A stretch of DNA of 64,000 nt, from contig OZ024758.1 in assembly GCA_964016885.1 (NCBI GenBank), positions 3,906,001 to 3,970,000 of the forward strand, given 5' to 3'. This DNA comes from Eledone cirrhosa. Taxonomy: Eukaryota. The notes under the pieces were generated by a model. The model was not told the origin of the DNA. It saw only the letters and a program-made list of their open reading frames with translations, and made no database searches. The position numbers were made by a program, and so were the translations under genes. Shown here in pieces: positions 41,110-55,182 of the stretch; the first letter of the stretch is position 1; the number at the start of each line of letters is the position of its first letter.

Positions 41110-42330
41110 GCATCAACCACACCCCCACCCTCACCACCATCAGCCCCACCACCAGCACCACCACCTTCACCACCATCAGTCACACCACCACTAGTACCAT
41201 TGTCACTCACACCACCACCACCACCATCAGCCACCCCATCAGCTACACCACCAGTACCACAACCAACACAACCAACACCAGCAGCACAACACCACTACCA
41301 GTACCATAAGCAGAACCACCAGCACTAGAGCCCTCCATTGCCATCCACACCACCATCAGTACCACAACCAGCTTCACCAACAGCACCACCACCCACCAGT
41401 ACCACAACCAATACCAGCAGCAATACACCACCACCTGTACCACCACCCACCAGTACCACAACCAATACCAGCAGCAATACACCACCACCTGTACCACCAC
41501 CCACCAGTACCACAACCAATACCAGCAGCAATACACCACCACCTGTACCACAACCCACCAGTACCACAACCAATACCAGCAGCAATACCCCACCACCAGT
41601 ACCACCACCAGCTTCACAACCAGTACCACAACAACCACCACCACCAGCTTCACAACCAGTACCACCACAACCACCACCACCAGCTTCACAACCAGTACCA
41701 CCACAACCACCACTACTAGCTACAACAACTACAACAACACTAACAATCTATTAACAACTGTGATCTTATCTCTAGAACTTTCCTCCATTTCAGTTGTCAC
41801 TCCATAATCAAGACAGGGGAAAAAATAAGAAAATATTAAAATAATTTAAAAAAACGCAAAATTCCACATAAAAATCTATTCGTTTCCTTGGCTCTCAAAA
41901 TGTAACCACAAGCATCATTCCATCTCCTTCATTGACAAACACGCCACCATTAACACAGCCGTCACCACCACCACCACCTTTACCATTAACATAACCACCA
42001 CCACCGACATCACCATCAACACAGCCGTCACCACCACCATCACCTTCACCATTAACATAACCACCACCGACATCACCATAAACACAGCCGTCACCACCAC
42101 CATCACCTTCACCATTAACATAACCACCACCGACATCACCATCAACACAGCAGTCACCACCACCACCACTAACAATACCATCACACCACCACCACTAACA
42201 ATACCATCACACCACCACCACTAACAATACCATCACACCACCATAACCACCTCCTACATCGTTACTCGCACGGACTCTACTAATAACACTTCACCACCAA
42301 CACCACCAACACTACAGCTAACAACAACAA
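41110..42330. repeat. (ACC)-rich arrays with higher-order units of 54, 33 and about 60 bp
   Basis: CCCACCAGTACCACAACCAATACCAGCAGCAATAC repeated four times, among other units. Confidence 0.9.
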
Positions 42331-42589
42331 CAACAGCTCTACTATTATCAATATCAAAAAGGAAACACCATCAAATCCTGTTTCACCGAGAATGAGAACA
42401 TGGGTTCTCTACTGATAGAGGCGTAAAGGCAGAAAAACGTTTTGTGATATCACCATCATCATCCGGCGGCTTCAGCCGAAATGGACTCACCAATTGATCT
42501 ATACGTAGGTCTGTCGTTCACTGCCGTTGCCAAGACCTGGATTTCAATATCAGAATCTCTGGAGGTAACATCGGTGCAAGAGGGCTTGC

Positions 42590-42786
42590 GCCCCCTGTTA
42601 TTAGTGACTGCGTGTGGTATACAAAGCACTAATGAGGACATAGCCTCGTAGATGGCACGATGGCAGTGGCCAGCAAATCGGGATAGGAGAGCGTACGCCC
42701 CCTGTTATTAGTGACTGCTTGTGGTTTCCAAAGCACTAATAGAGACATAGCCTCATAGGTGGCACGATGGCAGTGGCCAGCAAATC
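42590..42786. repeat. Tandem duplication with a period of about 107 bp
   Basis: CGCCCCCTGTTATTAGTGACTGC..GGCAGTGGCCAGCAAATC occurs twice. Confidence 0.88.
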
Positions 42787-42989
42787 TTACTCTCCTTTTA
42801 CGTACAACGACAGATAGGACTTTGGGTTAAACAACAATTTATTAACCGATGTGAGAATAGTTAGATATAACATCCACAAGGACGCATTACATAATGTAGT
42901 CGTCAGTAAAGTATGACTGAGAATAGGGGTTGAGCACATCATATCGATGGATCTTGAAAATCAGAGGTTCTTAAAGTGGGCGGTACTGC

Positions 42990-43585
42990 CCCTGGGGGGC
43001 ATTGAGAAGATCCATGTGATTGACATCTAGAAACAAAAGTCTGGGCAAGGTGTGTGGTGTGATTGTGGAAGACCATCAATTGCCCATGTATACCTTCTTT
43101 CTCCATACCACCGATGCTGACCAAGGGAAAGTCAAAGGCTGATACAGTCTGGCACCTGTGTCATCCCATGTCAATTCTACAGTTGAATAATCTAGAGCAG
43201 GCATGGGCAACCTTTTCGCGAAGCGTGCGGCATGAGACACGACTTATCATGAGGCGTCCCGCATGACTTCATCAGGCGTCCCGCAGGCGCTAATTTACAT
43301 TCGTGCCCACATTAAAAAAAGGGTGTACATCAGGTTGTTTTGATTTGTTTCTTCACAATTCGCACACGTTTTTCTCGATCGTAGAAATGATAGAAAAAAC
43401 AATTACGACTGAAAAGTTGGGATAAAAAATTCAGAAAGATTTCACTCAGAAAGTGCCCATGACTGAACTAGAGCAACGAGAAATAAAGTATCTTCCTCAA
43501 GAACACAACACACAGCCCTGTCCGGGAATCGTAATCACAACCATGATTGTAAGCCGGACGTTCTAACCTCTAAGCCACGCATTTT
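42990..43585 (-). mobile_element. CORE-like SINE (module type 1) interrupted by a hAT MITE
   Basis: Head at 43474-43585 and body at 42990-43190 are homologous to 7880-8182. Confidence 0.72.
43198..43465. mobile_element. hAT (Charlie-like) MITE
   Basis: TIRs CAGGCATGGGCAAC / AGTGCCCATGACTG; 8-bp TSD ATCTAGAG / AACTAGAG. Confidence 0.8.
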
Positions 43586-44158
43586 CATAAGACTAGCAAA
43601 TATCAAATATATATCATATATAACATTATTTCCTTCTTAACAAACGACACGATAAAAAAGCAACTCTACAAAACACTATCAGCATTTTCATCACCATTAC
43701 CTCGAAATACGTCCATCATCACCCCCACTACCACCAAAACAACCCCACCATTATAGAACCACCAGCAACATCAGTACCAATACTAACATTGCTTAATCCC
43801 ATTCCTTCTTATCACATCATAGCTGCCACAACTATTAATTACTCCCACAGCTATCAATAACTTCCTTACCACTGACACTGCCAACGTCATATTAATTGCT
43901 CCTCTCTATCAACCATGAGACCACTACTATTAATAATGAGTAGAAGGAAGGAGGAGTATGACACCGACGATGATGATGATGGTAATGATGATGATGAGAG
44001 GGAAAAAAAAAAACGAAAAAGAGATGGATGAACATTCCAATAATATTTTTTTTTTTTGCCACATTTGACACAGATGTATTTGTTTCAGAACAAACAGTGC
44101 AGGGATTATGGATTTCATAAAAAAAAATTCTGCTAATATTAACAAGGACATAAATCTG

Positions 44159-44159
<1 letters not shown>

Positions 44160-44242
<83 letters not shown>

Positions 44243-44268
44243 CGTCTCTCTCTCCGCCTCTCTCTCTC

Positions 44269-44303
<35 letters not shown>

Positions 44304-44381
44304 ATCTCTCTCTCTCACGCTCTCTCACGCTCTCTCTCTCTCTCTCTCTCGGTCTCTCTCTCTAGCTCTCTCTCTCACATG

Positions 44382-44460
<79 letters not shown>
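44160..44460. repeat. (CA)n-(CT)n-(CA)n compound microsatellite
   Basis: Directly visible. Confidence 0.97.
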
Positions 44461-44462
<2 letters not shown>

Positions 44463-44464
44463 CA

Positions 44465-44596
44465 TAAAAAGTCAGGGCCCCAGCGGCTGATCTCTTGAGG
44501 TCTCAACGACTCTCTATAATATTATCATACTCTACTCTACTAAGTATTGAGTACTCTTTTCAGTAAAGGTTTAAGCAGTTTCAAACTGAATCAATC

Positions 44597-44600
<4 letters not shown>
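44465..44600 (+). mobile_element. Degenerate family A element
   Basis: CTCTACTCTACTAAGTATTGAGTACTCT tail followed by (TA)n. Confidence 0.55.
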
Positions 44601-44639
<39 letters not shown>

Positions 44640-44704
44640 CAATATATATATAACATTGATAACTGTGATGGGTTTTGGTAACTTAATACCATCACCGTGT
44701 AGAG

Positions 44705-44895
44705 CAGAGGGTTGACAGTATCGGTAGGGGGTCAAACAACGTGGTTTGTGCTATATAGTTATGATTATTTACGTTCTGAGTTTAAATCCCGCCCAGGTTT
44801 GCTTTACCTTTCGTCCTTACCAGGTCGATAAAATAAAGTACCAGTAATACACTGGGATAATTACTGGCCTGGTGCCTATAGTAGAAATCATTATT
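44705..44895 (+). mobile_element. SINE family 1
   Basis: Head, B-box and body present. Confidence 0.85.
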
Positions 44896-45334
44896 TACAT
44901 CATGTGTGGGGGAAATGCAATGGGACGTAAAATAAAACATTAATTACATTAAGATCGTGTGTCTAAGTATTTGTTGTGGCACATGGACCCAACTAGATAA
45001 ATCGAGTAGAGAGAATTTATCACCCGATGTTACGCCTGATCTTGTGTACTATTTAAGTGCCCGAGGAACTTAATGGAGTCTGCCATTCTTTTGAATAAGC
45101 GAAAAATTAGAAATGTAAAGTGGATTACCCTGACTACAAGTTTTCTCATTGTATCTCCCTCTTTTCTCTCTCGTTCTCTCACACACAAATACACACGCAC
45201 ACACAGACACTCACACACTCACTCTCCCTCTCTCCCTCTCTTTCTCTCTCTCCCTCTCTCTCTGCTGCTCTTTCTCTCAAGCACACATGACTTCACATTC
45301 TCTACTGTAGGTTCTACCTAAATTCAAACGATCA

Positions 45335-45606
45335 GATTTATTAGTTCGAACAATTATTTGCCGAAACCATTTCACAGGATTTGGTAGTTCGATCACTTAT
45401 TTGGCAGAACCACCAAAGATTTGGTTGTTCGATCACTTATTTGGCAGAACCACCAAAGATTTGGTTGTTCGATCACTTATTTGTCAGAACCACCAAAGAT
45501 TTGGTAGTTCGATCACTTATTTGTCAGAACCACCAAAGATTTGGTAGTTCGATCACTTATTTGTCAGAACCACCAAAGATTTGGTAGTTCGATCACCTGT
45601 TTGTCG
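45335..45606. repeat. 40-bp minisatellite, about 6-7 units (GATTTGGTAGTTCGATCACTTATTTGKCAGAACCACCAAA)
   Basis: Near-identical abutting units starting at 45378, 45418, 45458, 45498, 45538 and 45578, preceded by a diverged unit. Confidence 0.95.
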
Positions 45607-45764
45607 GAATCATCTCAGAAGCGACAGCAACTGTTCAACATAATTCCTTAAGTCAATATTTTGAACACATAATAATTTGAGGGGAGGGCTACATACGATT
45701 ATATCGACACCAGTACTTGAATAGACAATTTATGTGATGGATTTTGGGATTATTAAGGATAAGA

Positions 45765-46182
45765 AAGGTGGTGGATTGACAGTATCGGTAGAGTGTTGGA
45801 CACCATGCTTTGCAGCATAGTTACGGCCCTTTATGATCTGAGTTTAAATCCCCCCAAGGTTAACTTTGCCTTTCGTCCTTACGGGGTCGATAAAATAAAG
45901 TACCAGTCACCCTCTAGGATCGATTTGATCGACTTTCCCCTCCCCCAAAATAGCTGGCCTTGTGCCTATATAAGAAACCATTATTAAAGACAAGGTCACT
46001 GAATTGGTAGTATCGGTAGAGAGTCGGACTTGCTTTCCAGCATAGTTACTTCCCTTTACGATCTGAGTTCAAATCCCACCGAGATTAAATTTGCCTTTCA
46101 TCCTTACGGGGTCGATAAAATAAAGTACCAGTAATGTAATTGGTAATTGCTTGCCTTATGCCAAAATTAGAAACCATTATTA
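45765..46182 (+). mobile_element. Tandem SINE family 1 copies (long form then short form)
   Basis: Two full head-to-tail copies. Confidence 0.9.
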
Positions 46183-46589
46183 AGGACAAGGGTTATTGTA
46201 ACAGGATTTCAATCTCATCTCACATAGAAGGCTCAGTCCATTATATCGAAGCCAGAACTTAACTAACATTTGAGCTTTCGACTTCTACGAAAATGAAAGA
46301 CATTTTTATCTTTGACAGGATTTGAACCAAGAACTAAAAATTACATATCTAAATACCACACAGTATTTAGTCCGGCATACTAAAACAAAGGTCACACATT
46401 TGATGGGATGAAAAGGTCAACGAAACCGACCTAAGTATGACTTGTACTTCATTCTCTGAAACTGAAAGACAAAATAATAGTATAAATAATTATAATAATG
46501 AAGATGTCGGTGGAATTTGATATTCCAATTGAGAGAGACTTTTTTTCTTGTTGCTATTACTGCTGTTGTTGCAATTTTGTTGTGACTGT

Positions 46590-46800
46590 TTTGTTGTTAT
46601 AGTTGTTTATATTACTGTTGTTGTTGCTATCGTTGTTAATATTTCTGTTGTCGTTGTTGTTGCTATCGTTGTTTATATTACTGTTGTTGTTGCTATCGTT
46701 GTTAATATTTCTGTTGTCGTTGTTGTTGTTGCTATCGTTGTTTATATTACTGTTGTTTTTGCTATCGTTGTTAATATTTCTGTTGTTGTTGTTGTTGCTA
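46590..46800. repeat. (GTT)-rich tandem unit of about 50 bp, three copies
   Basis: GTTGTTTATATTACTGTTGTTGTTGCTATCGTTGTTAATATTTCT repeated. Confidence 0.9.
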
Positions 46801-46946
46801 GTGCTGTCAGGCTATGAATTATTAATTACATGTTCTTAATCATGCTGCTGGAAATATAGTTGAGGAGTTTAGTGTTCATAATTTATCGTTATTACTATCT
46901 CACTCTTTCAGTCTTCTTTTCCCCTCTCTCTGTGTACGACTTCCTG

Positions 46947-46986
<40 letters not shown>

Positions 46987-47504
46987 ACATACACACACAT
47001 ACACACACACACTCTGTCTCTCTCTTCTTCTGTCTTCCCTTAGTAGCTGCCTTCTGCTCTCTCTCTCCTTCCCTCTCCCCCTCTCTCCCATACACACACA
47101 CACACTCTCCTCTTCTTCTTCTTCTATCTTCCCTTAGTAGCTATCTCCTTTCTGCCCTGAATAACACATTTTTTTCTTGTTTCATTTAAACAATTTCCTG
47201 AATGTCATTAGACTCCAATAAAGACATTTCCATGAGCTTCCCAAACCTTCTAATAATTGCTAGCTAACTACTCAGATGGTTATCCTTGTAACTACCTCAT
47301 GGGATCTTGTATCACGTTTCTATAATTTTTTTTTTTATTTAGATAATTAATTCTACTAGCGTCTCAAATTAATGTTTTCCCCTTTCCCCTTACCTGCTCT
47401 GGTCATGGGTATTTTACAGACCCGGCGATATTTTGCTGTATTTCTAGGCTAAAGAATTACATTCGTCATGCATGAAATATTATGTGTGTATGTATATATG
47501 TATG

Positions 47505-47538
<34 letters not shown>

Positions 47539-47547
47539 TGTATGTAT

Positions 47548-47822
47548 GAAAGGCCATCAGTTGTTGTCACAACACCTTTCTAAGAGAGGGCAACTCTGAG
47601 AAAAAAACCTGCGGCTTTGGAAGCATCCGATGATGTTGACCAGTTCTCCTTTTCGGGTGTTTTCGATGCTCAGAGAGTGCAAGGCCTTTCCCCACTTAAA
47701 AAAACCTTCAAACACAGGCGTTGCTTGTTCAGGATATAGTGCAGCATCGTGTGGCTAAGAGTGCACCAAACTCTATAATCTGACAAGCGATTGCAATACT
47801 CTTAGCAGAATTTGCAGACATC
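47548..47822 (+). mobile_element. (TATG)n-flanked element related to 26753-27148
   Basis: CTAAGAGAGGGCAACTCTGAG..AAACCTGC and CCTTCAAACACAGGCGTTGCTT motifs shared. Confidence 0.5.
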
Positions 47823-48926
47823 ATGTATGTATGTATGTATGTATGTATGTATGTATGTATGCATGTATATATGTATGTAAGGGCAGGTAACTCCCCAGGG
47901 ATTCGAAGGGTGCCATATTGAAACGCAGCAATTATAGGACTTTATGTTAAACCATCTCACATAGTCCAGTGTGTAATAATTAGTTGAAATGCATGAATGA
48001 AACCTCCTCGAATATTGATTAAATTATTCGAAAGAAACAGCTGTCTCAATTATCTCATTTTTTTACCGATCACATTGCTCTTTATCCTTGTGATCTCGAT
48101 CGAATTCTATGTTCTACGAATTGTTTGTTCTATCTTTCCTAATAGTCCGTTGATCTACACCGAGTAACACGGTGTAGCATTATGTGACAAAGAGCAGAAG
48201 AACTTATGAGTCAATGGCCATCTAAAAAGAAAAAATCCTGCCAAATCAATGGGTGGCAGAAGTTCCGGCTGCACGCATTGAAAAACTGGTGTACTGGTTC
48301 TGAGAACAATGCGGCTTTGCAGATGATCAATGCAAATTGACAATAGAAAGGCGCTCCCGCTCGAGTTAGAAGAGAACTATTGATCTTCAGGAGAAGCAGC
48401 GAAACCTGCTTGTATTCAGCAACCGAAACAAATATGAAGTACACCAAATATAATGCTCATAGGAGCGGCCCTAGTTCTTCTTGCCTGCGCCGCTTTGCGA
48501 GTGTAAACTCGGCCGAAGAAGAAACATCATGTGAAATTTCAGCTTCCACTACATCATATTTCGTTAATTTAAATATTGAGTACATTTTATCTTCCGTTTG
48601 ATTACAACAAAACTCTCTATATATAAGTGTAAGTGCGTGGGTGGTTATGTGCACATACTCACACACACATAAACCCGTGTGTGTATGAGTAGCCGTGGGC
48701 TTGTGGGTATTATAGGTTTCGTCATCTAACCTAAACCTAAAAAAAAAAAAATTGAATACGTAAATAAAATCGATGAAGTTACAGAATGTTAAAAGACCAA
48801 CCAAATCAATGAAATCAATAGGCTCAACAATATGAGATAATATGATTCTGAAATTTAATTAATACGTTATTACAGAGGCAAAAATAAAGGAAATCAATAT
48901 ATATATAGAGAGGGATCGAGAGATCG

Positions 48927-48965
<39 letters not shown>

Positions 48966-48979
48966 AAATTTAATATGTA

Positions 48980-49160
48980 AATGGGTTCTACTGGACTAGA
49001 ACTGTTTCATTCGAAGGAAATCATCAGGACTTTCCTGATATTTTCCTTCGCATAAAACAGTTCTAGTCCTGTAGAAGCCATTTCTAAATTTGTTGTTTGC
49101 ACACTACTAATGTATTGAGTACATTACTTACTGTGGTTACCCCCGATTGAACCCAGGACT
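48980..49160 (+). mobile_element. Family B fold-back element with hammerhead core
   Basis: Minus strand reads CTGATGA-TTTCCTTCGAAT-GAAA-CAGTTC-TA; inverted arm and tail present. Confidence 0.75.
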
Positions 49161-49239
49161 CTCTCTCTCACAGACACACACTTTATACATGGAAACGAAA
49201 CTTCCTCATTTTTTTTCTCATATATATATATATATATAT

Positions 49240-49475
49240 AAAAAACAAAATAAGATACTGAGGTTACATCAATAGGAAGTGTATTTTTTCCTACCGGCGG
49301 CATATCATACATATCGGTTATTATCTGAGCATACCGTTCTCATAATAATAACACATGCATCTCATAATAATAACACATGCATGAAGGACTTCTCGATTGC
49401 ATGGAGAACCGTGGAAATAATTATAATGAATAAACGATTTATGTAACCTCAGCATCTTATTTTGTTATTTTTATA
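49240..49475. mobile_element. Inverted-repeat element next to (TA)n
   Basis: AACAAAATAAGATACTGAGGTTACAT / ATGTAACCTCAGCATCTTATTTTGTT arms; internal 22-bp duplication. Confidence 0.6.
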
Positions 49476-50260
49476 AAAATCTCCATCGTAACTAAAAACT
49501 ACGATTGCTGAGAGCTTTCTCCTGCTTGCTCCTGTTTTTACCAAAACAATCTCTTCTGAACAGAATATATATATATATATATATATATATAATGTGTGTG
49601 TAATTACAACGATGAGTGTATGTGTGCATGTGTGGTCGTGTGTCTCTTTCGTCCCGTGTTCACCATTTGTTCTGCGTTGTGAGATCATTTTCCCGCTCAC
49701 TTGAGCTTCTTCTTAGATCTGACCTCCCCACAATCTTACTTTAACTGATCTCGATCTTATACAAACATCGAAACCTCTTGAAATACCCTCCTTCACTATT
49801 TAATATCTGTTCAATTAAACACTTCACTTACTAATCGTAAATCCATTCACTAACCTTCCCAAATGTTCTCCTCATCATTCTACATACACCAATCATTCAT
49901 TGGAAACTTTGCAATGAATTTGATGAGACATCTCTATATATTTTATCCTTCAGTTTCGTGTAGGAAAGAAGAGGTGAAGCCGGAAATGTTAGATTTTTCA
50001 TTCAACATAGCTTTTCAATTCATGGAATTATCATAGAAACTCTCGTAGCAGACTGCCTTTAGTCTACTCAGATTACGAATTCTAAGATATATATCTAAGG
50101 CGAGAAAAATTCCCGAGATCCATGGACGAGTTGTCTCCAGTGGTCTCTGTTCCTCATATTCGCTGCAATGTCCTGCGTCTCCAAGAGACCTGTGTCTGTT
50201 CTTAGGGCATCAACATATGTCAAAAATGACCTATGTTAATATATATTGCATGGTCCAAAG

Positions 50261-50588
50261 CAGAGGTTCTCAAACTGCTGGGACCACCGCCCACCCCACG
50301 GCCATGTAATACCCTAAACGTCACCAACCCTATTTCCAGAAAGACCTACCTACACGCAAATTGTAAATAATATATAATAAATAACCTATACTATGTATAG
50401 ATACATATATTATATAGATTTTTATTATTTTACTCTATTTATATAAAATATGTATCATTTGATATTTAATATACTATTATATCATCTCTACTGTGCCAAG
50501 CGCCGCCCCAATAGGCTGCAGTTCCCACAGCCCCGGTATCTTCTCAACGCCCCCTGGTGGTCGGTAGCGCCCAGATTGAGAACCTCTG
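50261..50588. mobile_element. hAT (Charlie-like) MITE
   Basis: TIR CAGAGGTTCTCAA / TTGAGAACCTCTG; imperfect TSD GTCCAAAG / GCCTAAAG; related fragment at 42962-43005. Confidence 0.82.
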
Positions 50589-51388
50589 GCCTAAAGTCTG
50601 GCACAGAAACTATAGAAAGAAATCGCATGTTTAGATATATTTGGACAAATATCTGTGGACGACTGGTTTCTTTGTCAAATTGTGTTTCTAACTTCTAGTA
50701 TATATGTTTGTGCGTGTGCTTCTGATAACATAACTTATACGACTCCATTTCATATTATGAAATTGTCATTTTCCTTGAATATATTTATGTATTTGTGTAT
50801 ATTGAGTGTATTCGTTTTTTCGTTCTTTTTTCCTTTCTTTCATTGCCTGCTTCTTTTTCTCATTTCTTCTCTTTTCCCATTTCCGTTCCTTTCCTTTCCT
50901 TATTTATCTGTTTCAATATATGTCTTGTGTAAGATTGTATTTCTGTTGATTTGTGTGTGTTAATGTCTGTGTCTATTTTATGACTACATTAACCTAATTT
51001 ACTCATTTTACACAGCCATGTACAGTATAAGTTATGATACTATATTGTATGCAGTACTATACTCATTCGAAACAGACTTGTATTGTATAAGAACATAATT
51101 CGTATGCAACATCATACGAAATATATACAGAAGGAATATCATCATGCTTAAATATCTATGCTCTATTATCATGTCAATACATGTGAACAAAAACATGGGA
51201 GAACAACATTCTAATGTATGAAGTCAATATAATGGAATATGATATTGAGTTGATATGAAGCCACATAGATTTATATCTCACTATCTATTTATCTATCTTT
51301 CCATACATATACTTGCGGTATATGCACTATAATAAATATATATATAGTACATATACTGTATACATACATATCGGAATATAGATAAATA

Positions 51389-51434
<46 letters not shown>

Positions 51435-51511
51435 GTACATATACCGCAAGCATATATATCGAATATATATATAGTTTACATATACTGAATGCATACATAT
51501 CGAAATATAGA

Positions 51512-51552
<41 letters not shown>

Positions 51553-52021
51553 TACACACATGGAGAACTACCTAAAGGTTTTCTCATATGGAAGAAATAA
51601 ATAAAACCTGCAGACACAGATGACCATTCAATGGGAGCACATCTCCAATTCAACTACATTGAAAGCATTAATACTAAAAAATACCACACATATGAAGTCA
51701 ATTGTGGTAGATCACTGTCGGCATCACACTCCATATTACATATAACTGACAAAGGAATGTTATAAAATATAACGATGACAATTTAATACAACACATGGAC
51801 CTATGTTTCGGTTCTTACGTTGTCATAATAATATGGATATGCGCATATTTCGACGCCTAATATATGTGATGATAGTTTGAATTATATGCAGACATGTATC
51901 TTGAATTATGCCTACTTACACACTCCTCGATGTGGGGGCCCCGATGCGGGGAGAGCGGAAGAGACGGAGGCAGTGACAGTTGCTGTTTGGTTCCTTTGTG
52001 TTCAGACCTATTGTTTATGTA

Positions 52022-52208
52022 CAGGTAAAATCCTGATACAACGAATACCATTATAGCGAATTTTTCGTTATAGCGACATTTTTGTCAATCCCTGAGGGAA
52101 TAAAAAACAAACGCTCGATTTGTTTCGGTCGATCTCGTTATAAGAAACTTTTCGTTACAACGAACTTTTGTATAACCCCATGGATTTTGTTATAATGGAA
52201 TTTCACTG
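52022..52208. mobile_element. pogo/Tigger-like MITE
   Basis: TA-CAGGTAAAATCC...GGAATTTCACTG-TA, TA TSD, internal CGTTATA subrepeats; nested in the unclassified repeat at 51940-52235. Confidence 0.75.
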
Positions 52209-52245
52209 TATATGATTCGCGGACACACACTCACGCTTACATAAT

Positions 52246-52560
52246 ATAATAATAATGAAATGATTGTGTACAGTGTTCAGGTGCACTACAACTCACCAAA
52301 GGTGCATAGAATAATGTACAAATGTCAGGAAAGTTGACAGATAATGAGTCATGATATACATGTGTGCGTGTGTATGGAGGGGGGGGGGGGGCATCATATG
52401 CCGTGTTGGGGGACATCAGGTGTAGTGTTGGCAAATTTCAGGAAGCATGGAGGTTTTAAAGGATGCAGTGTCTTGGCAACTAACAACTGATGCAGGTAGT
52501 TCGTTCTAAGTTTCAGCAATTCTGAAGGTGAAAAAATGTTTCTGAAAGATTCTGAAAAAA
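52246..52560 (-). mobile_element. Second CR1/L2-type LINE 3' end
   Basis: Reads QKHFFTFRIAET*NELPASVVSCQDTASFK; UTR homologous to 1738-1930. Confidence 0.85.
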
Positions 52561-53577
52561 TGTTTCTAAAAGATGTAAGGAGAGTTAGCAGACGTCATAG
52601 ACAGTAATAACTAGTTATCACTAATTCAAACATACGATGTTTACATTGTTGAAACTCTGAACAATTCACATTAGAATATGCAACATTTTAAAAAATAATT
52701 TTTTTCAGCAGAAATACATTATTCTTAGTCACAATTGATATTCATCTTCTAACATTTCTGAATTAGTAATTATCTACACTTTCTGGATATCCTTAAGATT
52801 ATAATGGTAAGGAATGTAACATAGTGATATGAATAGCTGGCTTAGAATCATAGCTTCACGTCTCAGGCCATAGGGACAATGTGTGCTTCAGCAAGGCACT
52901 TCATTTTACGTTACTTCAGTATAATCAGTTGATGAAGACGAGCTCCAATAGCAGATGAGACATATCACTGCAATAGACAGGTGTCACATACAGAAGAATG
53001 TTTTGTATTCGAAGTCGATAAATGCCAGAGGAATTTAGGATAAGATTCTGTTTGATGATCCTCTAGGTCCTAGAAAGAAAACAGATATGTTGGTAGTGCA
53101 GACATTCAGTTCCAATAACAAAATATACTAATAAATATAAAAAAAACAATGTCCGACAGTACGATATTTTATTGGAAGCATATCAAGAATCTCAGCACAG
53201 AATTAGGCAGCAAATCTTCTGTCAGACATACATAAAAATAATTTCGGTGTCGTTATCTGTCATTAGTTTTGAAAACCCAATGGCCTTAAAAAGAAAAAAA
53301 TAACAATTAATTTGGTTAGAAGAGAAACAATACAATAAACATATATATATATATTGACACAAATACACACACAGACGCACAAAGATACACACATATATAC
53401 AGTATGTGTATGTATATATATACATACATATATATATATATATACAGTACATATATTTGTTAATATATGTATATGTATGTGTATCTATGTATGTGTGTGT
53501 ATATATATATATATATGTTAATATATGTATGTATGTATGTATATATGTATGTATATATATACGTATATATATATATC

Positions 53578-53612
<35 letters not shown>

Positions 53613-53636
53613 GTATGTATATATATATACGTATAT

Positions 53637-53679
<43 letters not shown>

Positions 53680-54090
53680 GCACTAACCAAATTAATTGGT
53701 ATTTTTCTTGTTGTATGCTATTGGGGTTTCAAAACAAATGACAGATAACCACATCTAAATTATATTTAAGCATATATATATATATATTTATATATGAAAA
53801 CCAACTCATATATCTCCATATACAAACAGAATATATCAGCTTCACATATGCGGCGTATTTAATCAATAAATCCTACCCAGAAAAAAAAAGATTTATTTTG
53901 TTTCTAATATCAGAAAACACAAGAAAGAATAGAAAAAAAGGTACAATACAAAAGTATACATGAAAAATAGTAAAGAAACATATCTCTCTCTTTCTCTCTC
54001 CTGATATCAATCTTATTTGTCTTTGGTAGTCTCACTCACTCACGTTTATTCCTATGTGTGTTTGTGTTTGTGTGTGTGCGTATGTGTGTG

Positions 54091-54131
<41 letters not shown>

Positions 54132-54141
54132 CTCATTTATT

Positions 54142-54180
<39 letters not shown>

Positions 54181-54483
54181 TACATACATTCATATATATA
54201 TATATATTATGTACATATCCTTTTGCTTCCGTATGTCATTCTTGTCTCATTATATTCATCACTAACAAAACCAGACATATATCTACTTTCGTAGTCAGCA
54301 AATTTCATGTCAACATTGATCGACACATTTTTCCTTCGCTCTTACAAAAAATATGCCAGTTTATAAATGAATATAAGCAGGTAGGTGGTTTTAAAAGAAT
54401 ACACAGACTCTCAGGCTCATGTGTTTACATACATGTAGACTATCAAACACATACACATTCACGCGCACTCATATTTATATAAC

Positions 54484-55126
54484 TATTTATAACGAATATG
54501 CGTGGAAGTATCTATGACTGTACACACGAAAATACACCCACACTTACATATATATTGACACACACCTACACAGATATGTATATATAATACAAGTTTATTA
54601 GAAATCATGTATACACCTTTTACACAGGAAAATGTTTTCGGATTTAGGCAGAAGTCGAATAATTTAAGAAGATTAGAAAGTAGATTCAGTCGAACCCAGT
54701 CTGTTACATGTTCTTCATTTCATCGACCCCTTAAGGAAGATATACGAAACCAACCTCTGCGGGATTTGAATTCAGAATGGAAATGCATTTAACACTATAC
54801 CGCAAAGCATTTGATCCGATGTTTTAACGATTCTGGCAATCCACCGCCTCTTTATATATAGTAATAAACATTGTCACACGATGTCGTTACTTTAAGCTCG
54901 ACCCTGTCGCATCATCCTCAGTTGACATATGAACACACCATATTCTATGAAAGAAGTTCAGATATTTTATCGAGCTTCATAAATATTACTCCCAATTTAC
55001 TCCCAATTTACGTTCGTCGTTCATTGGAATATAGAATATGAGAAAACGAGATAGGAACATGAAAGTGTGCAAGGAAATAATACGGAAAAATGTGTGTGTT
55101 TTGTCAGTTAATATGTTTGCGTGCGT

Positions 55127-55182
<56 letters not shown>

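Noticed and set aside
41038-41754. Pro/Thr/Ser-rich mucin-like ORFs
   Set aside because: Derived from (ACC)n arrays, split by a stop and frame change, and open on both strands. A coding role cannot be fully excluded without RNA data.
45335-45606. CRISPR-like periodic array
   Set aside because: Units abut with no unique spacers, no cas genes, eukaryotic context.
48150-48804. Complex-sequence ORFs of 62-115 aa
   Set aside because: No recognisable motif; stops in all extended frames.
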